A DNA stretch of 63,411 bases, filler included, from Globobulimina sp. (Eukaryota): the NCBI GenBank assembly GCA_003354225.1. It is 17 parts of 17 records of this genome, joined end to end, with 100 filler letters (N's around TTAATTAATTAA, not from the genome) between each part and the next. Parts side by side here need not be neighbours in the genome. Positions count along the whole stretch, not along the records: positions 1 to 3,641 come from PIVH01002338.1; positions 3,742 to 7,382 come from PIVH01002339.1; positions 7,483 to 11,123 come from PIVH01002340.1; positions 11,224 to 14,863 come from PIVH01002341.1; 13 more parts are not named here. One strand, written 5' to 3'. The first letter of the stretch is position 1. The number at the start of each line of letters is the position of its first letter. The notes beneath the pieces are model-generated. The model saw nothing but the letters and a program-made list of their open reading frames with translations. It ran no database searches and was not told where the DNA came from. Both the position numbers and the translations under genes were made by a program. Below, in pieces: positions 1 through 11,510 of this stretch.

Positions 1-244
1 ATAAATCATTAAAACAGCAAATGTCAATAACATCCATAATGAACAACGGATTTTAAATCGTACACAAAAATACCATAATTTGCCACTGTATCGTTTGAAC
101 CTACTTTGTGGTGGCGGTTGGATTTGAGCTGGCGATCTGTAAAACATTATGAGGACTAGCTTACTTTGGGAAAACCTCAATAACAGAGTTATCCAAAATC
201 TCTTTTATGAAAAAATACATTTTTGTACGTTTAAATAATTTGAA

Positions 245-1303
245 TTACATATCATAATCAGAATAATCATCATCATCATCAAATGCCTCTGTCATCTCAT
301 GTAAAGCCTTGAGAGTTGCCATAGATCTAATTTTATTGCGTCTTTTTTCCGCAATGATTTCCTGTTTCCGCAATGATTTTATTTTTGTTTTTAATTGATA
401 TCTTCGTTTATTCTGACTCATTTTATTCAAAATAATAACATCAGCTTCATTACTTATTATCGTTGCTTTATTTGCAAACAATAATCCATAATAATCGCCG
501 TAATATATCCACAATGATTGATAGGTCGCGATAGTTTTAGTGGTTCTAATCAGCACAGATTGCCATCCATTCACCAAAACAGAAATAAATTCACAATTTT
601 GTCTCTGCTTATCTTGCTCCGTTAATTTCGCCGAACTTATATCAAATCGACAATCATTAATTGTATGCAACGCATTCATCGGATAATTGCGATTCATCTG
701 AAATGGATCAATGACAAGTTTTAGATTCTCATTGTTCTTAAATGGTACTGTATTATGACAGAGATATTGCATTCTATATTTTAATTTGCGTAGTTTGGTT
801 CCTCTGTACATGTTATCCCATTCGTTTTTAGTTGATTCGTAACCAATGTACTGACCTATAAATATGGACAGAATTAAACAAGAACGTTACAGAAAGACAC
901 AAGTAATTATACCTAATATTGTATCCTTTGCAATGATCAATTTTGAACTTGTTTCTTTTTGTCCAATCAGCATCGCTGGAATATTGCCTTGCGTACTCAA
1001 TATTTCTCTGTGTTTTAATACACTCTTTAATGGCTTCCATTCATTTATATTCAATTCGACAAATGGATCTGCATTGCATTCATTGTTGTTGTTGAAAAAC
1101 CTTTCAATTGTTTGCAATTCTGCTTGGTTGCATTGGCAATATGGATTCAATGGATTATTCTCTATCAAGTATGCTCGTTTTCGGGTTTGATATTTCGGTT
1201 GTTGTTGTATTGCAATTCTACATTGTTTGGTAAAAGATGAACGGAAAATGAAATTATCGAAAGAATCACCTTTGCTCCATTTAATTGAGTTGGCTGAACA
1301 CAT
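245..1303 (-). CDS. SET-domain protein (2 exons; intron 856-912)
   Basis: Removing GTATAA...TTTATAG (57 nt) joins ORFs 887-1303 and 245-811 in frame, giving DTILGQYIGYE...HTINDCR...NCEF...VLIRTTKTI...LWIYYGDYY, the SET motifs. The 5' start is uncertain. Confidence 0.75.
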
Positions 1304-1445
1304 GACTGATAATATTAGATATAAATATTTATTACAGTTTTTTATCTACTTCAGTTCAACACTGCTCTCTAAACACTTATATTCCTACTCTTCATCCCTT
1401 CCACTGACCAACACCACTTATTATCAGTCATTTTAAAAAACAAAA

Positions 1446-2968
1446 ATGAGCGCAGACCTCCGATATGATGATGTTCAACATGCTATGTCCATTGTAACGG
1501 ATAAGATTGAAGAATCAAAGACCGTGCAACGAATGAAAGAAAAGAATCCCGTTTGTTCGTGTGGATGGACCATTGCTGATACCCGATGTTATATGGTTTC
1601 ATTACAATGTGTTGCCATTCTTGTATTTATCGTTAGTTTGGCAGTCACTTATTCACAATATCAATTATCAGATATTGATATTGAGTGTGAAGGTGATTTT
1701 AAAATGTTTGGACCGTATTATGGAGAAACCACAGTCCAAACAACTACACCTTTACCAACCGCATCACCATTATCTTCATATCCAACTTCTGAACCAACAT
1801 TATATCCGACTTCATCTCCTACTTCTGAGCCAACACTAGAACCAACATCGCCAACTTTATTCCCAACCTCTTATCCAACTGCACCAACATTACCTGTTGG
1901 CACTACACATATTTATGGATGTCCGTGGCCTTCAACCAATATAATTATCAGAGCAGTACCACCATTAATTGGCTTAATTACCAGTGTCATCACAGTGGTT
2001 TTAGCATTTTGTGTCGGTTCATTTATATTAAGAGATATGGATCTTTATAATGATGATAGAAAAGGTACAGTATATATATATCTGAATTTTCAGAGCCATG
2101 CAATAAATCTGAAACAATAAACTGCACATATTGGCAAGTTGACATTATATTGTTTCTATCTGACAGTATAGCGTCCATATTGTTTGATAGTTATGACAAA
2201 CAACTTTGATAGTTATGAGGACTCAAAAACAAAAAATTGAACCACAAAAACAAACATAAATACAAACACAAACACAAAAACGTTTTGGTTGCTTTAATAT
2301 CACAATATTGAGTGATGAAAATGGACCCCATTTTTATATTTAATATTGTATATATTCCAACTGATAGAAAAACACGTTTTTGTTTCATTTCAGTTTCAAA
2401 TAACTTTGATAGTTATGCAGAATAACTTTGTACATAATACGTAGTTATGACAAACAACTTTGATAGTTATGCAGAATAACTTTGTACAAAATACATAGTT
2501 GGGGATAAAAGAGAATTTGCTGACTTATATAGTTATTATTGTTATTTTAGATTTATTCGAAAAGTGATTGGTTATTGTGGTTATTTACAATTTATTTCGT
2601 TTGGTGTTGATCTTTGTAGTTATTTTATTGGCACACAGTATGCATCGACAATATTGAATATAGCTGATAATGATATTTCTAATTTTCAGTTCCAAATACC
2701 ATTAATTGTAGCAATTCCAGTCGCCATCGTATTGCGATTAACACATGATGCAATGTGGCAAAATGTGTATAAACATAAATTCAATTTAGTATCAGATAAA
2801 GGATATCATGGTTCGACTGTTACAGAACCGAATGTCAATATAAATCAAACAATCACCAATGCTGTGAGTGTTGTTGCAATGTCACATGCCGGTGGTTCTC
2901 AAGCTGCTGCTTCTCAGAGAGGTGATATTGCTCCGTACAGACCAGGACCTCAATATGCTAGTAATTAA
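1446..2968 (+). CDS. Multi-pass membrane protein with Pro/Thr/Ser-rich (PTSEPT) extracellular loop (intron 2065-2498)
   Basis: G|GTACAG...ACATAG|TT splice joins ORF 1446 in frame to ORF 2564 (NDDRKVGDKREFADLYSYYCYFRFIRKVIGYCG); several hydrophobic segments. Confidence 0.6.
2188..2488. repeat. Short direct repeats within the 434-nt intron
   Basis: TAGTTATGACAAACAACTTTGATAGTTATG at ~2188 and ~2442; AACTTTGATAGTTATGCAGAATAACTTTGTACA at ~2402 and ~2456. Confidence 0.85.
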
Positions 2969-3330
2969 CATTTTGCATTTTGCATTTTAAATTTTACATA
3001 AAAATTAAATTCTTTTAATAAATCTCTTTTTTATTTTAGCAAAATTTTTTTGTTTGTTTGTATTTTTTTGTTTGTTTGTGTTCATATTACAAATATAGTT
3101 CTTGATACACAATTTGAAAATTTGCGGACACTTACTTTCTTGGCGAATAATACACTATAAATTATTTGCCAAATGTATTTCTTGCACAGTATACTATTGA
3201 GTGTTATATTGAGAAAATACTGCGAAATTAAATATCAACGAAAGTAAATACACTAAACGATGAGTTAGATTATCATAACCCAGTGGTTAGATAATCCGTC
3301 CCCTTTGTATAGATATCGATCAATATAAAG

Positions 3331-3375
3331 TTTGCATTGGGTTTGCAATTGTACAGTTTGTAAACCCAATGCAAA
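3331..3375. repeat. Intergenic inverted repeat / hairpin
   Basis: TTTGCATTGGGTTT ... AAACCCAATGCAAA, perfect 14-bp arms with a partly self-complementary centre. Confidence 0.85.
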
Positions 3376-3641
3376 GAACGTGTTGTGCTTTTGCCAAAAT
3401 TTTGTATTCTCTAATTCGTGCAGATTCTGTATCCCTGTGACCAGAGACCTCTCCTACCACTCACTTGTCCTGAAAGCTGTATAACGATTTTTTTTTTTCA
3501 CTTTGCAAAACACACTTTGCAAAAAAAATGCCGCAAGAAAAAATAGATAAAGTAAAAAATTGGTTTAATTCAACAAAACAGAAATTTGATTACAGAATCA
3601 CTATGGAAGGCATCTTGAAACAAGCCAGGGAATCTTTTGAA

Positions 3642-3741
3642 NNNNNNNNNNNNNNNNNNNNNNNNNNNNNNNNNNNNNNNNNNNNTTAATTAATTAANNN
3701 NNNNNNNNNNNNNNNNNNNNNNNNNNNNNNNNNNNNNNNNN
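3642..3741. other. Artificial contig linker N44-TTAATTAATTAA-N44 (first of 16; others start at 7383, 11124, 14864, 18603, 22341, 26077, 29813, 33548, 37283, 41017, 44750, 48483, 52216, 55948, 59680)
   Basis: Identical 100-nt spacer with stops in all six frames recurs every ~3.74 kb; intervening contigs decrease monotonically from 3641 to 3632 bp. Confidence 0.99.
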
Positions 3742-4964
3742 TTAACCTGTTGCCACCAATTTGTATTATCCATAGTCTCACTAAACGCACAATACGCACT
3801 GCCCGCAAAACAGGCAAAGTAGACACTATCCGCACATTTAAATAAATACGGCGGACGTATAGCACCTTCATCAGCATCAAACATCGGATTACATTCACAA
3901 TCCACACACGTAATGTTCCTGAAAGTGGCACCAAACTCATACAACACCAGAAACTGCGCCTGCTCAATGATCAACGTATTAGGCAATGTTCCAGTGACCA
4001 GTCCATCCAATAAAATATCCTCGCCAATCACAGAAGAGCCACTGTTCCATATCTCAACGAATCTGCTACCAAACTCCCCATAGGTATCAGGTTGCGGTTT
4101 GACTTCAGTTATCTTCATATTGTACTCAACCGGACACGTAATCTCCTGCAACTGTGGTAATATCTTATTAAAATCGTCATAATCATAGCTATCCACAGCC
4201 ATATAATCGGTGTCAGGGTCCTGCAATAAACACGTCAGATATTCAGCAGTTAAATCCGGACCAACGCCAAGAACAATCAGTCGAATGCCTGCACACAAAC
4301 GTTGACAAGAAACGTGTTTTTGTTATTCACAGACGCAAAAACACTATATTTGTACCTGCCGCTTTGAGGGAGGGAGCAATGTCACAGACATCGTATGGAC
4401 ATTGATAGCGCGAACATGGATTGCCATCGGTTGTCATAATAGCTACTTTTTGCCGCGCATCCATATGATTTGTGTTATATTCCGTGATGATTGCGTCCAA
4501 TGCGCCACGTGTATTGGTGTATCCTTTGGGATAATAAATGCCAGCAATATACTGCACTAATTCTGCAGTGGTGTAATTTGTTAGTGTTATGCGTGAGGTA
4601 TTGACATTCGTTGAAAATAATGTCCAGCCCACGCGGGAATTTTGGGTCAATCCACCTTGGACGATATCACTTAACCATTCTTTTTCTTGCTTAAATCCTT
4701 CGAAGCCAATGCTTCCGGATACATCGACTGCGAAAATAAAATCGATTTTAACATCGGTGGCGCAGATACAAGCACGGTTAAACCATTCGCAACCACTGAC
4801 TAAACGACACGCTGCTTCTGTTTTTTGTGATTGGCAATCTGCTGAATGGACCACGCCAATTATCGACCAAATTACTGTGTGATCAATTAGAATGCACAGA
4901 TTGTGCAATGAAGGTGTACTGTTAACGTAAACGTACAAGTAAAGTTACATAGAAACGACGACAT
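3742..4964 (-). CDS. Secreted von Willebrand factor A domain protein with following lamin-tail-like domain, 3' partial (introns 4875-4936, 4289-4355)
   Basis: Spliced signal peptide MSSFLCNFTLIWSIIGVVHS; vWA MIDAS DFIFAVDVSGSI...YTNT...MTTDG; then ITEVKPQP...FVEIWNSG (LTD-like). Confidence 0.8.
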
Positions 4965-5048
4965 GGACACTAGGTAAAGTGCTAAGGTTTTATTTTAGTT
5001 TTGCATTAAAAACATTTTGCGCGTTTCAAATAAAGTTTCGATGACTTT

Positions 5049-5603
5049 TCATTTTGAATGATATTTTTTTATATGTTTACTTTGATTACTTTTGGATGAA
5101 AATAATTTGTTGCAATATTTGCATTTATACTGATCTCTTTCATGTGTCTTCAAATGTACTTTGGAATGACTCTGCAGACAATATTTCCTATTAAACCTTT
5201 TATGACATTTCTTACACACAAAAGGCATCAATTCCTCTCCATTATTATGCGAATGGCGCGTATGTTTCCGCAATGCAGATGGATCGCTAAACGATGCACT
5301 GCAAAACTCACACACTTCACATTTAGATTTATTGTGTATCCTTTCGTGTATTTTGCAGTCCCATGCAGTTCCAAATGATTTGTTGCATAGATTACATTTG
5401 AATGGCTTTGAATGTTTTAATTTATGTCGATTGAATAGATATAAATGCACAAAACATCGATTGCATCCATCAAAATCGCATTTCATTCCAACTTTCTTTC
5501 TTTTTTTAGCACGTTTATGGCCCATTTTATTCTGATGTTGCATCAATAATTCACGACTTGCAAATATGGCATAGCATGTTGAACAAGAATTGACTGGAAA
5601 CAT
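5049..5603 (-). CDS. C2H2 zinc-finger protein (~6 fingers)
   Basis: Repeated Cx2-4C...F...Hx3-4H with linkers such as HSKPFKC. Confidence 0.9.
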   Translation of the reverse strand: MFPVNSCSTCYAIFASRELLMQHQNKMGHKRAKKRKKVGMKCDFDGCNRCFVHLYLFNRHKLKHSKPFKCNLCNKSFGTAWDCKIHERIHNKSKCEVCEFCSASFSDPSALRKHTRHSHNNGEELMPFVCKKCHKRFNRKYCLQSHSKVHLKTHERDQYKCKYCNKLFSSKSNQSKHIKKYHSK

Positions 5604-6421
5604 TCAGTAAATTTTGTGAGGAATTTGTATGATAAAATGTCAAAAGGAAAACATACAGGAATAACGGCAAAATTTTCTATGTTTTTCCACCTGATTTGCT
5701 GCTTTGATAATTGGTGTATTACAAATGCAAAACGTGTATTTGGTGGAGTTTAGGTTATAAGAATTTATATTGTCTGCGATATTGCGTGATGAGTCATTGT
5801 TGTTTTTGAGGTTGAACTTGGAAGACGGACTGGGGACATTGATGAAACTGCCTATTCTGACTCGAATGGAAAAAACAACTACGTGCTGATTTATTGCGTG
5901 TACACGTTTCTACCATTTTGGTGTTGATGGGATTGTCAGAAATTGGTAACATGATCGTGATTGATATTGTTTGGTTATAATGGAGACAACTCGGTGGTGA
6001 CGGTATTGTTGGAAATGGAAAAAAATGATAAAAAGATTTTCAAGTATTAATTTATCAGTAACTTTACTCCGAGCAACGTGAAAACACCAATATCAGTCTG
6101 TAACTCCTATATTTGTGAATTTCGTCCAAAAGAAGAGATTTTTATGATGTGGTAAAGCAAAAAATTTATACACGGAGTAACTTATTTTTTTTTTTTTTGT
6201 ATATACATGACCTTTGAAACCACGACAAACCTTATTACATTACGTTAACATGGTAATAGTGCAACATTTCACATTGTAAACATAATAAATATCCACCAAA
6301 AAAAAAACAACAAAAACAAAAACATAAACAAATACGCAAAAATAAAAAAAAAAGAAAACAACTGCTAAAGGGACAAAAAAAAAGCCGACAAACAAGAACT
6401 TTCCGCGCATTAATTGTATAA

Positions 6422-7381
6422 TTACCGAAACAACAACTGCAAATTCTGTAAATTTGTATTCGAATTCTTCCACACAAACCGCAACAATTCGTTCGTATTC
6501 CCATTATGATTAAACGTCGGCGGATTAATAAGTTGCGGATTCACCGCATTCGCTTGCAAATTAACCCCAAACTGCACCTGATTCTCGTTATAATTCACTT
6601 GTTTATGCACCTCATTCTTATGTTTTTTTGCGATGGTCGGTTCGATATGGCTCGCATCGCTGATCTGAGATCTTTTCCGCTTACACGCCCTGCAGCTACA
6701 CACCCCGACACATGCGGGACAGTCCCACTTCCATTGCGCGCAATCTTTCATATTCTGCAACTGAGCGACATCCGCCTCCATATAATACTTATTCATACAC
6801 GATTTGCAATACTTTTTGCGGCAGGTTTTCTTCTTAAACGTGTTGTTGCTGCACGGCCTGGTTTTGGTACAATAAAATAGGATTTTCACATCTTTCTTAG
6901 TCTTGCATTGGTGGCACGACTTATATTCACTCAAATTTGTGTTCTTCGCAGTATTTTGTATGTTATTTGTCGGTGTTTGTGAGACTGTGGCTGTACATGT
7001 ATGCGGTGCTGACGTATATGTGTTGAGGTGCGCATTATTGGCGGTGGCGAGGATCAAGTTATTTAATAGATGTATTTGATTGAGATTGATATTGCGTAGG
7101 TTTGCAACGTGCGAGATTAAAGTGTCTAAATCGAGCGTAATATTCAGATTGTTATTGAATAAGTTATCCGACGTTGCTGCAGCATGCGGTGCCGCCACCG
7201 GTGCTGGTTGCAATTGTATGTGCGGGTAATTATAAGTGTTGGTGTTGGCGTTGAGTTTGATTTTTTTATTTAAAGGGGGCAAATGCGCTGCGAATGAGTT
7301 GGAGGGTATATTGGTGCGGTTGGTGTGTGTATGGATGTCGTTGTAATGGCGTTTGTGTCCTGCGACGGGAGCGGGGATTGG
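6422..7381 (-). CDS. zf-4CXXC_R1 (CDCA7-like) zinc-finger protein, 5' partial
   Basis: SCHQCKTKK...YC...CRKKYCKSC...WDCPACVGVCSCRAC; frame stays open to the contig edge. Confidence 0.8.
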   Translation of the reverse strand, partial: PIPAPVAGHKRHYNDIHTHTNRTNIPSNSFAAHLPPLNKKIKLNANTNTYNYPHIQLQPAPVAAPHAAATSDNLFNNNLNITLDLDTLISHVANLRNINLNQIHLLNNLILATANNAHLNTYTSAPHTCTATVSQTPTNNIQNTAKNTNLSEYKSCHQCKTKKDVKILFYCTKTRPCSNNTFKKKTCRKKYCKSCMNKYYMEADVAQLQNMKDCAQWKWDCPACVGVCSCRACKRKRSQISDASHIEPTIAKKHKNEVHKQVNYNENQVQFGVNLQANAVNPQLINPPTFNHNGNTNELLRFVWKNSNTNLQNLQLLFR

Positions 7382-7528
7382 TNNNNNNNNNNNNNNNNNN
7401 NNNNNNNNNNNNNNNNNNNNNNNNNNTTAATTAATTAANNNNNNNNNNNNNNNNNNNNNNNNNNNNNNNNNNNNNNNNNNNNTGTATAACTTTAAACTAA
7501 TCATAAAAACTAGAACAAAAAAAAAAGA

Positions 7529-8871
7529 ATGAGCAAACGCCGAAGTAAGAGGCAAACCACCGTAAATATTGCAAGAGGAAGTGGTGATCCATTTGTTTTA
7601 ATGTCTGATATATTGGATAAACTTCATATTGTCAATTATTCCAATGATTTTTTAGCAAATAATACTTTTGTAGCGTTAACAAATGGATATTTTGCATATT
7701 CAACAAATATCGCAGAACAATTTGCATATTTCCAGTCATTATGTTTATGGCTATTAAAATATATTAATCATTCATTTACGGAATGGGATGAATTCGAAGA
7801 TCCAAATTCCATTTCAAATAATATACTTCAAGAATGTAAAAAATTAAAATTTCCGAACGAATTTCCATCTACAAAATTAAGGCAAGGTTCAGGTCCAGAA
7901 ATATGTCAAATATTAGATTATTTGACCAATCTCGCCATCCAAAAGACAAACTATCAGATACAACAACCAGTTTTCCATAAAGTTTGTTTATCTTATTTTG
8001 TAATTCCGATATTGCTGCAAACAAATCCAGGAAATATACAAATTAAATATAGCCAAACAACACAGAGAATCTGTTGGATGAATCCGATGAATTACAAAAT
8101 GAAGAAAATGTAAATCAAAATATGGACGGAATGAGTGATGAGTCATTGATTGAGGATATAATCGACAATGATTCAGATATTCAGAAATCAGATGATGACA
8201 GCAAAGAAATTATAAGACAGAAAAATAAAAATTATTTTTTATCAAACAATGAGAATATAACTGATGACATTGTGAATATTGATGAAGAGAACGAGCATAA
8301 GACAACAATGTCGGTGATGGAGACGCAAATAAGTGGCAAGGAATGGAAATTAGAGTTGGAAACAGTATCACATCTATTGGAGGACCGATATATTACAGGA
8401 ATAAAAGAGTGGGTCACTCACTTACACAAATCCAAAATTCACGGAAAAGCATTGAGAGAAATATGGCCAGATTCAAAAGCGAAATTATTAAAATATACAA
8501 ATAAATTATCGTCATATTTGGAGAGAATCAATACGAAAGAAAACCATTTGAATCGGGAATTTAATGATTTGTCCCAAGAATATCAGACCAAATATATTAA
8601 ATTGCAAAATTTAGGCAAACAGTATAATGAAAATATTGCGCAATTAACAACATTGACCAGTGATTTACAGGAAATGGATGAAAAAATAAATGATATTAAA
8701 ATAGAAATGGAAAATAGAAACAATAGAATGACAGATATGACGCCAATGCGTAGATTGCGAGAAATACATAATCAGCTAAAATCTGAATTAATTGATTTGG
8801 ATTTAAGAATCGGTATAACCAGACAACAATTAATGCATTCAAAATTTAAGCATCAAAGACAAAAATCGTGA
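7529..8871 (+). CDS. IFT57: Intraflagellar transport protein 57 (intron 7982-8052)
   Basis: LDKLHIVNY...EQFAYF...WLL...EFEDPN...KLRQGSG...EWKLELETV...W..H, then C-terminal coiled coil; GTTTGT...TATAG splice joins the two ORFs in frame. Confidence 0.9.
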
Positions 8872-9075
8872 CATAATAAAGATTTCTTTATTTAAAGAAT
8901 TAGAACAAACAGTTGTTGGTAATATCGTTTCTAACTTTTTGGTTAATTTTGTTTTCTTGTAACGATGTGTGAACGTTGGAAACTGTGGATTGTCTGTTCA
9001 GTGGAAATATTATTTGGATAACCCCCTGCTTCCGGCTTAAGTGTATAATTAAGATTGAGTTCCTTCACCACTGGC

Positions 9076-10050
9076 ATGGCAGGAAGGGTTCAGCAGAACA
9101 TTAAGGAACTTATCTTATTATCGAAACAATATGAAACGGAAGTTTCAATAGCAACAGAAGCAAAAACAGAAACAGAAGTAATTAAAACTGTCGACAATAA
9201 AATTAAATCAGTCCTACAAAATGTGATTGAGAATTATTTAGAATTAGATATTGCATTTGTTCAAATACATAAATTAATAATGTTTGCAACCGATGACATT
9301 GATGGCTCGCGATCGTTTGCCAAATTCATCGATAATAATTCATCGATGACTCGCGATCGCTTTATGGCTTATTATAAATTATTACTTCATTTTATAATCT
9401 TTGGTTGTTGTTTAAATGCAAAATACAGAAAATATATTGTATTAAATGAAAACGATGAACATTATCAAAACAGTGAAATATTAAGATACTGCATCAACGA
9501 ATTTATACCAAAGGTTTCTTGTAAACATATTGAATATAAACAATGTAACAAATATTATGACTCAATTAAAGATTGTTTACAGCAATATGTTGATAACGAT
9601 ATCACAGAATTAATCGCTGGTTTTGTGCAATTTAAATATGAAGAATTTTTCCTGACTTTATCGGTATTTTTTAAATCTTGGGAAGAATCACACGATAAAG
9701 CAAGTAAAATAGTGATAAATTTCAATATATTGTGGTCATTCTATGGCTTTGAACCACAGCGATTAAAAACTTATTTTATACCAAAATTACTGTTTTCAAA
9801 ACAATTCATTTCAATAAATGATAATGACACATGTAAATTACAGGGAAACTTGGAATATTTTGGAAGCAATATTTTATCAAAATCGCTATCAACTCGCAAA
9901 GATATACATACGTATTCTGCGTATGTGGAGTATCTGATGACAGTCCCAATATATAAATTCTTTCTGTATGGCTTCTTTCTCTATGGATTGCCCATATGGC
10001 TATATGTTGGATACTTCACTTTTCATAAAGTCTATTATGCTGACAATTAA
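9076..10050 (+). CDS. Hypothetical protein with hydrophobic C-terminus
   Basis: Long ORF in AT-rich DNA; no recognised motif. Confidence 0.55.
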   Translation: MAGRVQQNIKELILLSKQYETEVSIATEAKTETEVIKTVDNKIKSVLQNVIENYLELDIAFVQIHKLIMFATDDIDGSRSFAKFIDNNSSMTRDRFMAYYKLLLHFIIFGCCLNAKYRKYIVLNENDEHYQNSEILRYCINEFIPKVSCKHIEYKQCNKYYDSIKDCLQQYVDNDITELIAGFVQFKYEEFFLTLSVFFKSWEESHDKASKIVINFNILWSFYGFEPQRLKTYFIPKLLFSKQFISINDNDTCKLQGNLEYFGSNILSKSLSTRKDIHTYSAYVEYLMTVPIYKFFLYGFFLYGLPIWLYVGYFTFHKVYYADN

Positions 10051-10185
10051 TGTTCTTGTTGTACATAATTCGGATTTTTTACAGTAAACTTGACGTGTTT
10101 TCCATGTGTTTACATCTAGTGTATGCACAAAAAAAATCACAATTCACAAAATTACATAAGTTTCAAATATTAGTAGACGATATAT

Positions 10186-10827
10186 TCATTGTTCAAAAGT
10201 TTGATGATGTTCATGTTTCCCTTGCGGTGTTAAATCACCATAATATTGGACCTCATTTTTCTGTTTATCATCATCTCCTGTATCGATATCATCTTCCTCT
10301 GTGGCTGTGTCATCTGCAATTTGTTGTCCTTTGACATTAATATTTAACTTTGTGTAATCACTACAATGATCATCATAATAACCCGGTGTATTATCATACA
10401 GTGTGTCCACATCTGACTTCATTATCATATCTTCCTCTTCATTCTCATTCATATCATCAATAATATCATCCATAACAATTGCATCGCCAACCACAACATC
10501 ACTTAAATGCACGTCAAACTCCATAGATTGTTGGTGATTTATGTGTAATTTATTAATATTTCTTTTTTTTCCAACATTCCACAATTGTGCGGATGGTGGT
10601 TGTGGCACAGGCGCATTTTCATCAATTTTCATCAATCCAACTGCATTTTTACCGCCTTCAAAGCCATTATTCTGATTATTATGTTTATTGTTATTGTTAT
10701 TTCTTTTTTCTTTTTCAATATCTTGTAATTTTTGTATTTGTCTATTTAAATAATAAATACATAATCCCGTTATTAATATACATAATAATAATAAAATAAC
10801 AATAATTGTAAATGTTGCCCAACTCAT
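10186..10827 (-). CDS. Single-pass membrane protein with acidic cytoplasmic tail (probably the last exon of a longer gene)
   Basis: Strong TM segment FTIIVILLLLCILITGLCIYYL followed by Asp/Glu-rich tail; acceptor-like TTGTAG just upstream. Confidence 0.65.
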   Translation of the reverse strand: MSWATFTIIVILLLLCILITGLCIYYLNRQIQKLQDIEKEKRNNNNNKHNNQNNGFEGGKNAVGLMKIDENAPVPQPPSAQLWNVGKKRNINKLHINHQQSMEFDVHLSDVVVGDAIVMDDIIDDMNENEEEDMIMKSDVDTLYDNTPGYYDDHCSDYTKLNINVKGQQIADDTATEEDDIDTGDDDKQKNEVQYYGDLTPQGKHEHHQTFEQ

Positions 10828-10919
10828 TATTTCTTTATTTGCGTTATCTATTGACTTTTTACTCCATATTTCTACAATAAGGGTGTTATTTTAGCTATAT
10901 TATAAACATCATGAATAAA

Positions 10920-11123
10920 TCAAGAATTTTGCTTCTTGTTATATGCAAGCCCAAGGCAATAATGCGGAGAGTGGTCTTTAGGATTATTATTTACAACTGC
11001 ATTTAATGTTGAAATGGCTTCGTCATACATCCTGGTTTTAAAATAAGCAATTCCCAGATTATGATTGGCATTTCTATTGTTTTTGTCCAGATCTATTACG
11101 GTTTCCCATTGTTTGATTGCTTC
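10920..11123 (-). CDS. TPR-repeat fragment (absent from ORF track), 5' partial
   Basis: Manual translation: EAIKQWETVIDLDKNNRNANHNLGIAYFKTRMYDEAISTLNAVVNNNPKDHSPHYCLGLAYNKKQNS*, matching the TPR consensus. Confidence 0.75.
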   Translation of the reverse strand, partial: EAIKQWETVIDLDKNNRNANHNLGIAYFKTRMYDEAISTLNAVVNNNPKDHSPHYCLGLAYNKKQNS

Positions 11124-11510
11124 NNNNNNNNNNNNNNNNNNNNNNNNNNNNNNNNNNNNNNNNNNNNTTAATTAATTAANNNNNNNNNNNNNNNNNNNNN
11201 NNNNNNNNNNNNNNNNNNNNNNNCCTGTCTGTATATATATGCAATAGATGGATCAACACCAATGCCATAATGTAATACTAGATTTTAATTTTTTTTTGTT
11301 TATTGATATTATATACTGCTATAAAACCATCATTTGTTTAGCTCTACACCGGTATTATCTTTGTCCCAATTTTTTGATTTGTTAACAATCCATTTTCTAG
11401 AAATAATAAGTGATCGTTATGACGGTGTACAAACTTGTTAAAATGTTGCGCTTCTTATTTTCAACTGAACTCAAGTTCAGTTATTTAATCGGACACCCAA
11501 CATTCCAACA

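Noticed and set aside
2188-2488. CRISPR-like repeats
   Set aside because: Irregular spacing, no unique spacers of constant length, located in a eukaryotic intron, no cas genes.
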